This document shows positions 17,197-26,714 of a stretch of DNA of 64,000 nucleotides, in pieces. Numbering within the stretch: the stretch's first letter is position 1; each line of letters starts with the position of its first letter. Position numbers and translations under genes: made by a program. A model generated the notes under the pieces. That model saw only the letters and a list, made by a program, of their open reading frames with translations. It had not been told where the DNA came from and ran no database searches. The stretch comes from Acidimicrobiales bacterium. Its GTDB lineage: Bacteria; Actinomycetota; Acidimicrobiia; Acidimicrobiales; RAAP-2. The stretch is from positions 28,080 through 92,079 of the forward strand of contig DASZLS010000125.1 of the NCBI GenBank assembly GCA_035552255.1, read 5' to 3'.

Positions 17197-17975
17197 GCGA
17201 GCAACGTTCCGTCGCGACGAGCGATCGTGGTCTCACCCTCACGGTCATCGGGTGCGCGGGTTCATCGTATGACCCGCTGCGCCGTCTACCGTGTTCGAGC
17301 TACCTGCTCGAGAGCTCCGACACTGCAGTCTTGCTCGACTGCGGTTTCGGTTCGTTCGAGTCACTTGAGGCACTGCGGCCCGACGTAGGTCTCGACGCGC
17401 TCATCCTGTCGCACGCGCACCCCGACCATGTCGCGGATCTCGCACAGTTTCTTGGCACCGCGTCGCTGTGGCGACGCGCCCCGCGACTCATCGCCTCACG
17501 CGCGACGATTGACGGTGCGTCATTCGATGCAACGACGCTCGGCGAGCGGTCGCTCGATATCGTGCGAGACGGCGACCGCGTGATCGGGAGCGGCTTCGGC
17601 GCAGACTTCTCCTCGACTCGGCACCAGGTTCCAACACTTGGCGTCCAGGTAACTATGGGTGGTTCACGAGTTGTCTACAGCGCCGACACCGGTCCCGGTT
17701 GGGCGTTTCCGGCGTCGTTTCGTGGCGCCGACGTCGCGATCGTCGAATGCACCCTCGACGAGCGGAGCGCGTCATCCTCTCCCACTCACCTCGATGCCCA
17801 CGAGGTAGCCACGCTGATCGGAGGCTTGTTGCCGCTGATGACGCTCATCAGTCACGTGCCGCCCGGAGAAGGGGGCGAGCGACGACGCGACATCGTCCGT
17901 GCGGGCTCGCAAGCTCAAGTGATCCTCGCCCGTCCAGGCTTAACCATCGAAGTGGGGCGCGAAGGTTCGCTATAG
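17193..17975 (+). CDS. MBL-fold metallo-hydrolase (start uncertain, possibly CTG at 17193)
   Basis: HAHPDH metal-binding motif. The conserved first beta-strand [12 protein letters not shown] is encoded at 17232-17267, upstream of the first canonical start (TTG at 17331). No in-frame ATG/GTG/TTG exists upstream. CTG at 17193 forms a CTGA overlap with the PEBP stop. Confidence 0.7.
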   Translation: MSEQRSVATSDRGLTLTVIGCAGSSYDPLRRLPCSSYLLESSDTAVLLDCGFGSFESLEALRPDVGLDALILSHAHPDHVADLAQFLGTASLWRRAPRLIASRATIDGASFDATTLGERSLDIVRDGDRVIGSGFGADFSSTRHQVPTLGVQVTMGGSRVVYSADTGPGWAFPASFRGADVAIVECTLDERSASSSPTHLDAHEVATLIGGLLPLMTLISHVPPGEGGERRRDIVRAGSQAQVILARPGLTIEVGREGSL

Positions 17976-18125
17976 GTAGTGAGGCGGCCGCTCGTCACGA
18001 TCGCGGCGCAAGCGCGAAATCTCTGCTTTCAGGCGCTCCACTTCTTCGCGAAGCGCCCGAATGACTGTCTCAAGCTCCTCCACGCGCGAGTCTTCATCCA
18101 CTCTCCCAGCGTGGCACATGCGCAC
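17970..18125 (-). CDS. Candidate small coiled-coil protein (51 aa)
   Basis: Absent from the supplied ORF track; translated by hand from the minus strand. GTG at 18125 is preceded by GGAGGAGG (plus-strand CCTCCTCC at 18137-18144) with a 10-nt spacer. Product: [51 protein letters not shown]. Its stop overlaps the MBL stop region. Confidence 0.3.
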   Translation of the reverse strand: MRMCHAGRVDEDSRVEELETVIRALREEVERLKAEISRLRRDRDERPPHYL

Positions 18126-18238
18126 GTGACCCGCACCTCCTCCACGACGCGATCCTCTTCACGGCCGTCATCTTCCGCGACGAAGGAAAATCGTCACTTT
18201 GTAGTGTGGTATCGACGAACAAGGAATTGAGAGAGCTC

Positions 18239-18871
18239 ATGGCGTTTTGCCCTGTGTGCGGTGCCCAAGTGGCGATGGGGCAAAGCTTCTGCGCTCGGTG
18301 CGGAAGTCCGACGACGACGAGCGGCGCGTCGACGTTGACGCCCGCTCCCGCCTACCAGGGCGAGACGTCGAACCCGCAGCGGATCGCTGGTTTCGGTTGG
18401 CGAGTGCTCGCCTTCGCGCTGGACGAGTTTGTCTTGGATCTGGTGCTCTACCTGTCGCTGCGCAACTCAAACTCGATCACCTTTTTGGAGCAAGGAATCT
18501 TCGCGTTCGTCGCCAACTTCTTGTACTTCGGACTGATGGTGGGGCTCGCGAGGGGCCAGACGCTCGGCATGATGGCCTGTCGGCTGCGGGTCGTAAACGC
18601 GACCGATCGCGGACCAGTCACGTTCAATCAGGCAATGGCGCGCTCAGCGATATATAGCGTGCTCTTGCTACTCGCTTCGATTTACGACTACCACGCGAAG
18701 CGCAAGAACAATCTGACGACGAAGCAAGCCGAAGTGATCCTGCGCCACGGGCTGCTCTATCTGGCGCTCGCCGCACCGCACCTTCTCGACCTCTTATGGG
18801 CCGTGTGGGACAAGCAGCGCCAGACGCTGCACGACAAGTTCGCCAAGACCGTCGTCGTTCACACCCGGTAG
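18239..18871 (+). CDS. RDD-family membrane protein with N-terminal zinc-ribbon
   Basis: MAFCPVCGAQVAMGQSFCARCGSP zinc ribbon, then an RDD-type TM domain (GFGWRVLAFALDEFVLD ... RQTLHDKFAKTVVV). The start could instead be GTG at 18206. Confidence 0.75.
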   Translation: MAFCPVCGAQVAMGQSFCARCGSPTTTSGASTLTPAPAYQGETSNPQRIAGFGWRVLAFALDEFVLDLVLYLSLRNSNSITFLEQGIFAFVANFLYFGLMVGLARGQTLGMMACRLRVVNATDRGPVTFNQAMARSAIYSVLLLLASIYDYHAKRKNNLTTKQAEVILRHGLLYLALAAPHLLDLLWAVWDKQRQTLHDKFAKTVVVHTR

Positions 18872-18893
18872 TCGAGCGGCGAGGCCGCGTCGA

Positions 18894-20168
18894 TCAGGGG
18901 AACAGTCCGCGCAGCTTCGTCGCCTCGGCGATGCGCTCGACGCCGACCACGAGCGCCGTGTCGCGCAGCGGCACGCCCAGCTGTTCGTGCCGCTCCCAGA
19001 CGGAGTCGAAGGCGTCGTGCATGGTCTTTTCCAGGCGCTGCTGGAAGAGCTCGCTCTCCCACATGAAGCCCTGGAGATCCTGGGCCCACTCGAAGTAGGA
19101 GGCAACGACGCCGCCGGCGTTGGCGAGCACGTCGGGCACCACGGGGATGTTGCGACTCGCGAGCACCGCGGCCCCCTCGCCGGTGGTCGGCCCGTTGGCC
19201 GCTTCGACCATCATTGAGGCCGACATGGCTTCGGCGATCTCGTCGTTGATGACGCCGCCGAGGGCAGCGGGAATGGCGATATCGCTCGGCAGGGAGAAGA
19301 GCTCATCCGCGTGGATCTCGTCCGCCCCGGGATAGCCCATGATCGAACCCGACTCGAAGAAGTGCACGGCCATTTTTTCGTGATCGATACCGTCGGGCAC
19401 GTGGATTGCGCCGTGCACGTCAGCGAGCCCGACAACCTTCATGCCGCGATCGCTCAGCAGCTTCACGAGTGGTGCGCCGACTTTGCCGTAACCCTGGATG
19501 ACGACCCGCTGACCTTCGGGAGCGCGCTCGAGCTGCTTGAGAAGCGCGATGGTGCAGATGGTGACGCCCAGAGACGTCGCGCCCGCGTGACCCAGCGTGC
19601 CACCGATGGCGAGTGGCTTGCCGGTGACGAGGCCGGGCAGGTTGTGTCCGCGCAGCATCGACACGGTGTCCATGATCCAGCTCATGACTTGCGCGTCAGT
19701 GTTGATGTCGGGCGCGGGGATGTCGCGATCTGGTCCGATCATGGGCGCAATGGAATAGGCGTAGCGACGCGTGAGGCGCTCGAGCTCGGCGCGCGAGAGC
19801 GCGGCGGGGTCCACTTTGACGCCGCCTTTGGCGCCGCCGTAGGGGATGTTGACGACCGCGCACTTGATCGACATGTCCGCACTGAGGGCGGCGATCTCGT
19901 CGACATTGACACTCGGGTGGAAGCGAATGCCGCCTTTGCCAGGGCCCCGCGAGGAGTTGTGCTGGATGCGCCAGCCCGTAAACATGTGCACATCACCCGA
20001 GTCCATGCGCACCGGTACTGCGACTTCGAGGATTCGCTCGGGGGTCACGATTCTCATGACCAATCCGTCGTCTAAGCCGAGAAGTTCTCCGGCTCCTTGA
20101 ATGAGGGAAGCGATACGCAACCAGGGGTTGAGATCGTCGGGGATTGCTTCGTGCAGACGCGTGACCAC
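18894..20168 (-). CDS. gdh: Glutamate dehydrogenase (Glu/Leu/Phe/Val dehydrogenase family)
   Basis: 424 aa. GPGKGGIRFHP, catalytic PYGGAKGG, and Rossmann VVIQGYGKVG motifs. Confidence 0.95.
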   Translation of the reverse strand: MVTRLHEAIPDDLNPWLRIASLIQGAGELLGLDDGLVMRIVTPERILEVAVPVRMDSGDVHMFTGWRIQHNSSRGPGKGGIRFHPSVNVDEIAALSADMSIKCAVVNIPYGGAKGGVKVDPAALSRAELERLTRRYAYSIAPMIGPDRDIPAPDINTDAQVMSWIMDTVSMLRGHNLPGLVTGKPLAIGGTLGHAGATSLGVTICTIALLKQLERAPEGQRVVIQGYGKVGAPLVKLLSDRGMKVVGLADVHGAIHVPDGIDHEKMAVHFFESGSIMGYPGADEIHADELFSLPSDIAIPAALGGVINDEIAEAMSASMMVEAANGPTTGEGAAVLASRNIPVVPDVLANAGGVVASYFEWAQDLQGFMWESELFQQRLEKTMHDAFDSVWERHEQLGVPLRDTALVVGVERIAEATKLRGLFP

Positions 20169-20307
20169 GAGCCACCAGCCTTTTGGATTTGAGAAAGCGC
20201 CGTTGCTTTCACCTTCCAGGTTACGTCAGCCACACATCGCTCCAAACCACCATTCGTCTCGATCGATCCTCCGATACTGTGACAGCCGAGTGTGCAAGGA
20301 GTGAGCG

Positions 20308-21351
20308 ATGAAGATCACGACCAATTTGAGCTACGCCGGTGGATTCAAGCGCGCAGTGGGCGAAGTCGTCGAGATGGAGCGGGCCGGTCTCGACCTCGTC
20401 TGGGTCGCAGAGGCCTACGGGTTTGATAGTCCCTCGCTCATGGGCTATATCGCGGCCCTCACCGAACGTGTCGAGATTGGCGCAGCCATTCTCCCCATCT
20501 ACACCCGCACGCCCACCCTGATCGCGATGACTGCGGCCGGTATCGACGCCCTCTCCGACGGGCGTTTTTCCCTGGGACTGGGCGCGTCGGGGCCACAGGT
20601 GATCGAAGGTTTTCACGGAGTTCCCTATTCCAACCCGCTGGGGCGCACCAGGGAGATCGTCGACATCTGCCGCGCCGTCTGGCGTCGTGAGGCGCCGCTC
20701 GTGCATGAGGGAAAGAACTTCACGGTGCCCCTGCGCGAAGGAGAGGGCACGGGACTCGCCAAACCCCTCAAGATCATCGCTCACCCGGTGCGTAGCGAGA
20801 TCCCCGTTTGGATCGCCGCGCTCGGGGAGAAGAACGTCGCCATGACAGCCGAGATCGCCGACGGCTGGCTTCCGATCTTCTTCATTCCTGAGCGAGCGCA
20901 TGAGGTGTGGGGAGGCGCACTCGCCGAAGGGGCGGCCAAGCGCGGTACCCGCGGAGAACTCATGATCAGCGCCGGAGGACTGCTCGCCATTGGCGACGGC
21001 GAAGAGATCATCAAGCTCCGCGAGCTCGAGCGCTCGATGGTTGCGCTTTACGTCGGAGGTATGGGCGCAAAGGGGAAGAACTTCTACAACGAGCTCGTTC
21101 AGCGATACGGCTACGAGCGCGAGGCGGAAATCATTCAGGACCTCTATCTCGCGGGCAAGAAGAAGGAAGCCGAAGCGGCCGTTCCCGAGGAGTTCCTGGA
21201 ACTCACCACGCTCTGCGGACCGCTCGGCTACGTGAAGGACCGCATTGCGGCCTATCGAGAAGCAGGGGTGACCCATCTTTCGGTCCAGCCACTGCCGCAG
21301 TTAGGCCAGACCAGCGCGTCGCTCATCGAAGCGGTGAAGGAGCTGGTGTAA
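20308..21351 (+). CDS. LLM-class (luciferase-like) F420-dependent oxidoreductase
   Basis: 347 aa. Typical LLM TIM-barrel signature (VWVAEAYGFD, GRFSLGLGASGPQVIEGFHG, ADGWLP). AAGGAG Shine-Dalgarno upstream. Confidence 0.85.
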   Translation: MKITTNLSYAGGFKRAVGEVVEMERAGLDLVWVAEAYGFDSPSLMGYIAALTERVEIGAAILPIYTRTPTLIAMTAAGIDALSDGRFSLGLGASGPQVIEGFHGVPYSNPLGRTREIVDICRAVWRREAPLVHEGKNFTVPLREGEGTGLAKPLKIIAHPVRSEIPVWIAALGEKNVAMTAEIADGWLPIFFIPERAHEVWGGALAEGAAKRGTRGELMISAGGLLAIGDGEEIIKLRELERSMVALYVGGMGAKGKNFYNELVQRYGYEREAEIIQDLYLAGKKKEAEAAVPEEFLELTTLCGPLGYVKDRIAAYREAGVTHLSVQPLPQLGQTSASLIEAVKELV

Positions 21352-23304
21352 TTAGTCGGGCGTGGCGGTCCTGGTGGCGTCGCGACCGCCCGACGCGAGC
21401 CACGCCTCGTACATGATGGCGTAGGCGCCGCCCGCCGCGATGAGCTCTTCGGGCGTGCCCATCTCGACGATGCCGCCTTGGTCGATGACGACGATGCGGT
21501 CAGCGCGCTGAGCCGTGGTGAGGCGGTGAGCGATGAGGATTGCCGAGCGTCCCTCGAGCAGACGATCGAGGGCGCGTTCGATGACCGTCTCGCTCTGAAG
21601 GTCCAATGATGACGTTGCCTCGTCCAAGATGAGCACTCGCGGTCGTGCGAGGAATGCTCTCGCGAGGGCGAGCTGCTGTCGCTCGCCGGCAGAGAGCGTC
21701 TGGCCCCGCTCGTGGACGGGCGTATCCAGTCCATCGGGCAGACGATCAACCAGATCGCGGAGTCCGACGACATCGACGGCTTCGTCAATCTCTTCGTCGG
21801 TCGTGCCGGGACGCCCGAAGCTCAAGTTGGTACGGATCGATCCGGCGAAGAGGAACGCCTCTTGCGGTACGACGCCGAGCTGGGATCGAAGCGAGTGCAG
21901 GGTGACGGTTCGCACGTCGATGCCGTCCACGAGCACGCGACCCGAGGTGGGGTCGTAGAAGCGATTGGCGAGCTTCGCCATGGTCGACTTGCCCGCCCCG
22001 GTCGGCCCGACGAACGCAACCGATTCCCCGGGCGCGATCTCGAGGTTGACGTGCTCTAGGACCGGTTCGTTGGGCAGATACCCAAAGCTCACGTCGTCGA
22101 AGGTGATGCGGCCTTCAATGGTTGGTAAGACCACGGCGTCAGGTAGCTCGTCCACGCTGGGCGTCGTGTCGAGGAGCTCGCGCAACCGGATGATGGAAGA
22201 ACGTCCTTGCTGGAGGGTCGTGTATTGCTGCACGAGCAGCTGTATCGGCGCGAAGAATCGGTTGAGATACAGAAAGAAGACGATGAGCTCGGCGGGATTG
22301 AGCTGGTGGTTGAGCACCATGTGGCCCCCGATGCCGAGCAGCATCGCTTGGCCCAAGATGCCAATCATGAGCGTCGAGGGACCGTAGATGGCGTTCACTC
22401 GACCGGTGTAGGCATTGGCGTCGCGATACGCGCCGACGACGTGGCGGTGATTGCGGATGTTGCGGCGCTGGCGATTGTGGGCGGTGACGACGCGTATGCC
22501 GTAGAGCGACTCGGAGAGGTCGGCGAGCACGATGGCGATGCGGTCTCGTGCAAGGAGATAGCCCTTTTCCGAGGCGTGGTGGTACCAGATGGAAAAGGCG
22601 ACGAGCAACGGCACGATGATGAGCACGGTCCACGCCGCGAGCGCAACGTTGGTCAAGAACAAGATGACGGTGATCACGATCATCGTCAGACCTTGGAGGG
22701 CGAACTGGCTGATGCCGTCTTGGATGAGCTGCTGGAGGTTCTCGATGTCGCTCGTCATGCGACTCATGAGGACGCCCGCTTTTTCGTCGGTGAAGAAGTC
22801 GAGACTGAGCCGCTGGAACTGGGTGAAGACTCTGATCCGAAGGTCGTGCATCACCCGCGAGGAGAGCTTTCCGGTGACGTCGACCTGCTCGCGTTGGAAA
22901 TAGACGCTGACGAGCGCCAGCACGAGATACAACAGCGCACAGACCACGATCACCGAGAGATCGTGGTGGCGCTCCATGCCATGCTGAATGGCGTACTCCG
23001 TCAGCAGAGGACCCGCCTGGAGGGTGAGGCTGATGATGATGACGAGGACGGAACCGGCGGCGACCCACTTGGGGTAGACGGCGAGGAGGCGCGGCAGGCT
23101 GAGACGCTCGCGCTCTTTCGCGCTCGGCAACTGCGCAAAGTGGACGTGGGACTTCGGGTGTTCGGGTTCTGTTGCGAGCAGCTTCGTCGCCTCGTCCATC
23201 AGCTCCTCGGGAATCCCGCCGAAGGGAAGACCGGCTCGACTGGCGGTGGTGGCCGCGTTGCCGCCGAACATTCCGCCGCCGCCGCCCCCGAAACCGAATG
23301 CCAT
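21352..23304 (-). CDS. ABC exporter, fused permease/ATPase (second subunit of a heterodimeric pair)
   Basis: 650 aa. Gly-rich N-terminus, 6-TM domain, Walker A GPTGAGKST, signature LSAGERQQ, Walker B LILDEATS. Confidence 0.9.
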   Translation of the reverse strand: MAFGFGGGGGGMFGGNAATTASRAGLPFGGIPEELMDEATKLLATEPEHPKSHVHFAQLPSAKERERLSLPRLLAVYPKWVAAGSVLVIIISLTLQAGPLLTEYAIQHGMERHHDLSVIVVCALLYLVLALVSVYFQREQVDVTGKLSSRVMHDLRIRVFTQFQRLSLDFFTDEKAGVLMSRMTSDIENLQQLIQDGISQFALQGLTMIVITVILFLTNVALAAWTVLIIVPLLVAFSIWYHHASEKGYLLARDRIAIVLADLSESLYGIRVVTAHNRQRRNIRNHRHVVGAYRDANAYTGRVNAIYGPSTLMIGILGQAMLLGIGGHMVLNHQLNPAELIVFFLYLNRFFAPIQLLVQQYTTLQQGRSSIIRLRELLDTTPSVDELPDAVVLPTIEGRITFDDVSFGYLPNEPVLEHVNLEIAPGESVAFVGPTGAGKSTMAKLANRFYDPTSGRVLVDGIDVRTVTLHSLRSQLGVVPQEAFLFAGSIRTNLSFGRPGTTDEEIDEAVDVVGLRDLVDRLPDGLDTPVHERGQTLSAGERQQLALARAFLARPRVLILDEATSSLDLQSETVIERALDRLLEGRSAILIAHRLTTAQRADRIVVIDQGGIVEMGTPEELIAAGGAYAIMYEAWLASGGRDATRTATPD

Positions 23305-25145
23305 TAGGCGCTCCCCTCGGTGGTCGCCTGGGCCAAGATCTCTGAGTAGAGCGGCACATTGGCGAGCAGCTCGTCGTGCGTACCGTCGGCGATGACGCGA
23401 CCTTCATCGATCAACAGCACCCGGCTCGCGAGGGCGATCGTTGAGATGCGATGGGCGATGACGATGGTGGTGCGCTGGGTGAGCAGTCCTCGCAGCGCCG
23501 CGTAGATTCCTGATTCGACGTGCACGTCGATGGCGCTCGTCGCGTCATCGAGGATCAGAATTGGCGGGTTGAGGAGCAAGGTCCTGGCGATAGCGATGCG
23601 CTGACGCTGGCCGCCCGAAAGCGTGTAGCCGCGTTCGCCGATGACGGTGTCATATCCCTCGGGGAGCCGCACGATGAACTCGTCCGCGTTCGCCGCGCGT
23701 GCCGCGGTCTGGATTTCCTCGAGGGTGGCGTCGGGTCGGCCGTAGGCGATGTTGTCGCTAATCGAGATGGAAAAGAGGAATGGCTCGTCGAGGACGACGC
23801 CGACATTCTCACGAAGCGAGGTGAGGGTCACGTCTCGAATGTCGTGGTTGTCGATCGTGACGTCGCCGCTCGTCACGTCATAGAAGCGCGTCATGAGCCG
23901 AGCGACGGTGGACTTACCCGAGCCCGTGCGTCCGACGAGCGCCACCGTCTCGCCCGGCTTGATGTGCACGTCGAAGTCCTTGAGGATCTCCGCGCCGTTC
24001 TCGTAGGTGAACGTCACGTGGTTGAAGTCGATGGCGCCGTTGACGTCGAGAAGATCGTAGGCACCCGGACGATCGAGGATCTCGGGGCGCTCGTCGAGGA
24101 TCTCGAAGATCCGCCCGGCGCTCGCTTTGGCGCGCTGTCCCATCATCACGAGCTGGCCGAGCATCATGAAGGGCGCTTGGAGCATCAGCAAGTACAAGCT
24201 GAAGGCGAGGATCTCGGGATACTGGAGGTCGCCATGGAGGACCATCCATCCGCCGCACAGCAGCACGAGGGCGAGACCGAGCTGGGGCAGGTTCTGGACC
24301 CACGGCGACCAGACGGCCCGAATGTTGGCGTCCTTGATGTAGGCCCACGCCACGCCTTCGGCCGCGTCGGCCAGGCGATTGATCTCCGCCTCTTCCTGGG
24401 CGAAGGACTTCACCACTCGGACCCCGTTCACGTTCTCGTCAACGATCGTGGCGACTTCGGCGAGGCGGGCTTGGGTAATCCACGAGATGGGAAACATGAC
24501 GCGGCGCATCTTGATGCCCACGACGTACAGGATCGGCATCACGACCATGGAAATGAGCGCCAGCGCCCAGTTGATGCTCACCATGAAGCCAAAGGCGACG
24601 ACACCGATAAAGCACTGGACAATGATGAGCGGCGCAAAGATCGAATACATCTGGACGCTGCGGATATCGCTGTTGGCGCGACTGATGAGCTGACCAGACT
24701 GAACCCGGTCGTAGAAGCTGAATGACAACCAGGTGAGATGCTCGTAGATGAGTGAGCGAAGGTCGGCTTCGACGTTGTACGCCGTGTAGAAGAGATACTG
24801 GCGCGAGATGATGCCGGTCACGCCGGCAAGTACTCCCACCACGACGATCGAGATGACGTCGCCGTGCAACGAGGCGAGATGCTTGACGAAGGTGTTATTG
24901 ATGTCGTTGGCCAACATATTGGGCACGAGAACCTGGAAGATGAGGCTGACGAACGACAGCACGATCGCCGTGATGAACGTCGCTCGATGCGACGCGATAA
25001 CGGGCAACACGCGCCGCCACCAGGTGAGTGACTGATCACGGGAGATCTCGCGACGAGGCCCCGGATACTTCGACTTCACCCCTCCGAGCGGGTTTGCCTC
25101 ACCTCCTCCGTCTCGAGCGAGACGGTCGGAGACGGAAGATGACAC
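23304..25145 (-). CDS. ABC exporter, fused permease/ATPase (first subunit of a heterodimeric pair)
   Basis: 613 aa. 6-TM domain, Walker A GRTGSGKST, signature LSGGQRQR, Walker B LILDDATS. TAATG overlap with the downstream partner. Confidence 0.9.
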   Translation of the reverse strand: MSSSVSDRLARDGGGEANPLGGVKSKYPGPRREISRDQSLTWWRRVLPVIASHRATFITAIVLSFVSLIFQVLVPNMLANDINNTFVKHLASLHGDVISIVVVGVLAGVTGIISRQYLFYTAYNVEADLRSLIYEHLTWLSFSFYDRVQSGQLISRANSDIRSVQMYSIFAPLIIVQCFIGVVAFGFMVSINWALALISMVVMPILYVVGIKMRRVMFPISWITQARLAEVATIVDENVNGVRVVKSFAQEEAEINRLADAAEGVAWAYIKDANIRAVWSPWVQNLPQLGLALVLLCGGWMVLHGDLQYPEILAFSLYLLMLQAPFMMLGQLVMMGQRAKASAGRIFEILDERPEILDRPGAYDLLDVNGAIDFNHVTFTYENGAEILKDFDVHIKPGETVALVGRTGSGKSTVARLMTRFYDVTSGDVTIDNHDIRDVTLTSLRENVGVVLDEPFLFSISISDNIAYGRPDATLEEIQTAARAANADEFIVRLPEGYDTVIGERGYTLSGGQRQRIAIARTLLLNPPILILDDATSAIDVHVESGIYAALRGLLTQRTTIVIAHRISTIALASRVLLIDEGRVIADGTHDELLANVPLYSEILAQATTEGSA

Positions 25146-25345
25146 TGGGGAATTCTACCAATGGCCTTCGCGAATCAGCCCTCCGCGGATCACAAAGTTG
25201 CGCCACATTGATCACCGGTGCGGGCGTCCACGTCTGGTCTCCGTGATGTCGTCGCCCGCGAGGTCGCTCGAACGCTTCCGCTGCGCACCCGCACCGAGTT
25301 CGAGCACCGCCGCCTGGACGCGGTGTGAGGACCTAGTGTGACCAC

Positions 25346-25981
25346 GTGGATTCGCTGCTCGTCGTTCAACACCCAGTCGTTGCGGACAAGGTTCGCCAGC
25401 TGCGCGACGTTCGCACCTCCAACGCGGACTTCCTTCGCCTGGCGGGGGAGATCTCGCGCTTTGTCGCCTACGAAGCCTTTCGCAACACCCCCGTCTCGGT
25501 GACGAGCGTCGATACGCCGGTGGTGAGCGGCGCGCCTGCGCTGCGAATCGACGCCGAGTATCTCATCGTGCCGATTCTGCGCGCCGGCCTTGGGATGAGT
25601 CCCGCGGTGCAGGAAGTGCTCCCGCTCCATCGGGTCTGTCTTGTCGGACTTCGTCGCAACGAAGTCACCTTGAAGCCCGATGTCTACCTCGACGGGTTGC
25701 CGGAGTCGCTCGAGGGTGTGCACGTCGTTATCTGTGACCCCATGCTCGCGACCGGCGGTTCACTCGACTGCGTGCTCGAAATGCTCCGCGAACGCGGCGC
25801 GGGGGAAATCACCGTTCTGTGCCTAATTGCGGCGAAGCCCGGAGTTGAGTTCGTGCTCTCGCGTCACCCCGGCATCAAGATCGTCACGGCGGCACTCGAT
25901 GACCACCTCAACGAGGTCGGCTACATCGTGCCCGGGCTCGGCGACGCGGGCGACCGCTTGTTCGGACCACCCGCGCGCTGA
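25346..25981 (+). CDS. upp: Uracil phosphoribosyltransferase
   Basis: 211 aa. HPVV..K...LRD, ILRAGLGM, DPMLATGGS and YIVPGLGDAGDR motifs. GTG start. Confidence 0.9.
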   Translation: MDSLLVVQHPVVADKVRQLRDVRTSNADFLRLAGEISRFVAYEAFRNTPVSVTSVDTPVVSGAPALRIDAEYLIVPILRAGLGMSPAVQEVLPLHRVCLVGLRRNEVTLKPDVYLDGLPESLEGVHVVICDPMLATGGSLDCVLEMLRERGAGEITVLCLIAAKPGVEFVLSRHPGIKIVTAALDDHLNEVGYIVPGLGDAGDRLFGPPAR

Positions 25982-26107
25982 TCGAGAGGTCGGGTCGAGG
26001 TTCTCTCCACGTGTGGCCCCTCTAAATGCCGCGCCCCGCATGGTCGAGGTGAGTTCGAGATCACGGCCGGACGAGGTGCCCTCACGAGATCAGTATGCTC
26101 CAGCACC

Positions 26108-26713
26108 GTGAGAGGCACCTACCCCGTCGACATTGGAACCCAGCACGTGGAGCTACCGATCGTGTCGTTGAACGACACGTTGGCCTTGGCGCTGCTCATC
26201 ACCGTCGACATGGGTGTCGCGTTCATGGAGAAGGCGGGCGAAGAGCTTGCAGAAGTCCTGGCTCCCTATGACGTGGACGTGGTGGCGACGGTCGCGACCA
26301 TGGGTATACCCCTCGCAGTCGAAGTGACTCGACACATGGGGCTCGACCAATACGTGGTGCTCCACAAGACGCCCAAGATCCACTTGGCGGACGCCATCAG
26401 CGAACCGGTGCGCTCGATCACGACGGCCTCGGAACAGCGGTTGCTCTTTGACCGCGCGCGCATTGGCGACGTCGAGGGCAAGCGCGTGGCGATTGTCGAC
26501 GACGTCATCTCGACCGGTGCGTCGACGGGCGCGAGCCTCCGGTTGCTGCGCTCCGTCGGTGCGGACGTCGTCGCCATCGGCACCATGGTGACTGAGGCCG
26601 GTCTCTGGCGCGACGCCCTTGGCGTCGACGCCGGGATGGTGCGAGCGCTCGGTTCGCTGCCCGTCTTTCGTCCCGACGGTGCCGGAGGCCTCGTCGAGGA
26701 CTGGAACGGCTAA
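26108..26713 (+). CDS. Phosphoribosyltransferase family protein (purine/adenine PRTase-like)
   Basis: 201 aa. PRPP-binding loop VAIVDDVISTGAS. Converges on the nucleobase permease. Confidence 0.75.
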   Translation: MRGTYPVDIGTQHVELPIVSLNDTLALALLITVDMGVAFMEKAGEELAEVLAPYDVDVVATVATMGIPLAVEVTRHMGLDQYVVLHKTPKIHLADAISEPVRSITTASEQRLLFDRARIGDVEGKRVAIVDDVISTGASTGASLRLLRSVGADVVAIGTMVTEAGLWRDALGVDAGMVRALGSLPVFRPDGAGGLVEDWNG

Positions 26714-26714
26714 G

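Noticed and set aside
17979-18230. Listed 83-aa plus-strand ORF between the MBL and RDD genes.
   Set aside because: Ser/Thr/Arg-rich composition with no motif. The opposite strand offers a better-supported, though still tentative, small coiled-coil ORF with a strong Shine-Dalgarno.
20221-21276. Long (300-420 aa) ORFs antisense to confident genes. Examples: 20221..21276(-) opposite the LLM gene; 22139..23407(-) and 22207..23307(+) over the ABC exporter; 23520..24725(+); 4588..5604(-); 35343..36362(+); 36698..37828(+); 38722..39732(-); 41367..42290(+); 54856..55929(-); 58585..59685(-); 28860..29813(-); 32148..33155(-).
   Set aside because: These are typical shadow ORFs of GC-rich DNA. Their products are Arg/Gly/Asp/His-rich low-complexity sequences with no recognisable motifs. 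In each case the opposite or alternative frame encodes a protein with clear family signatures.
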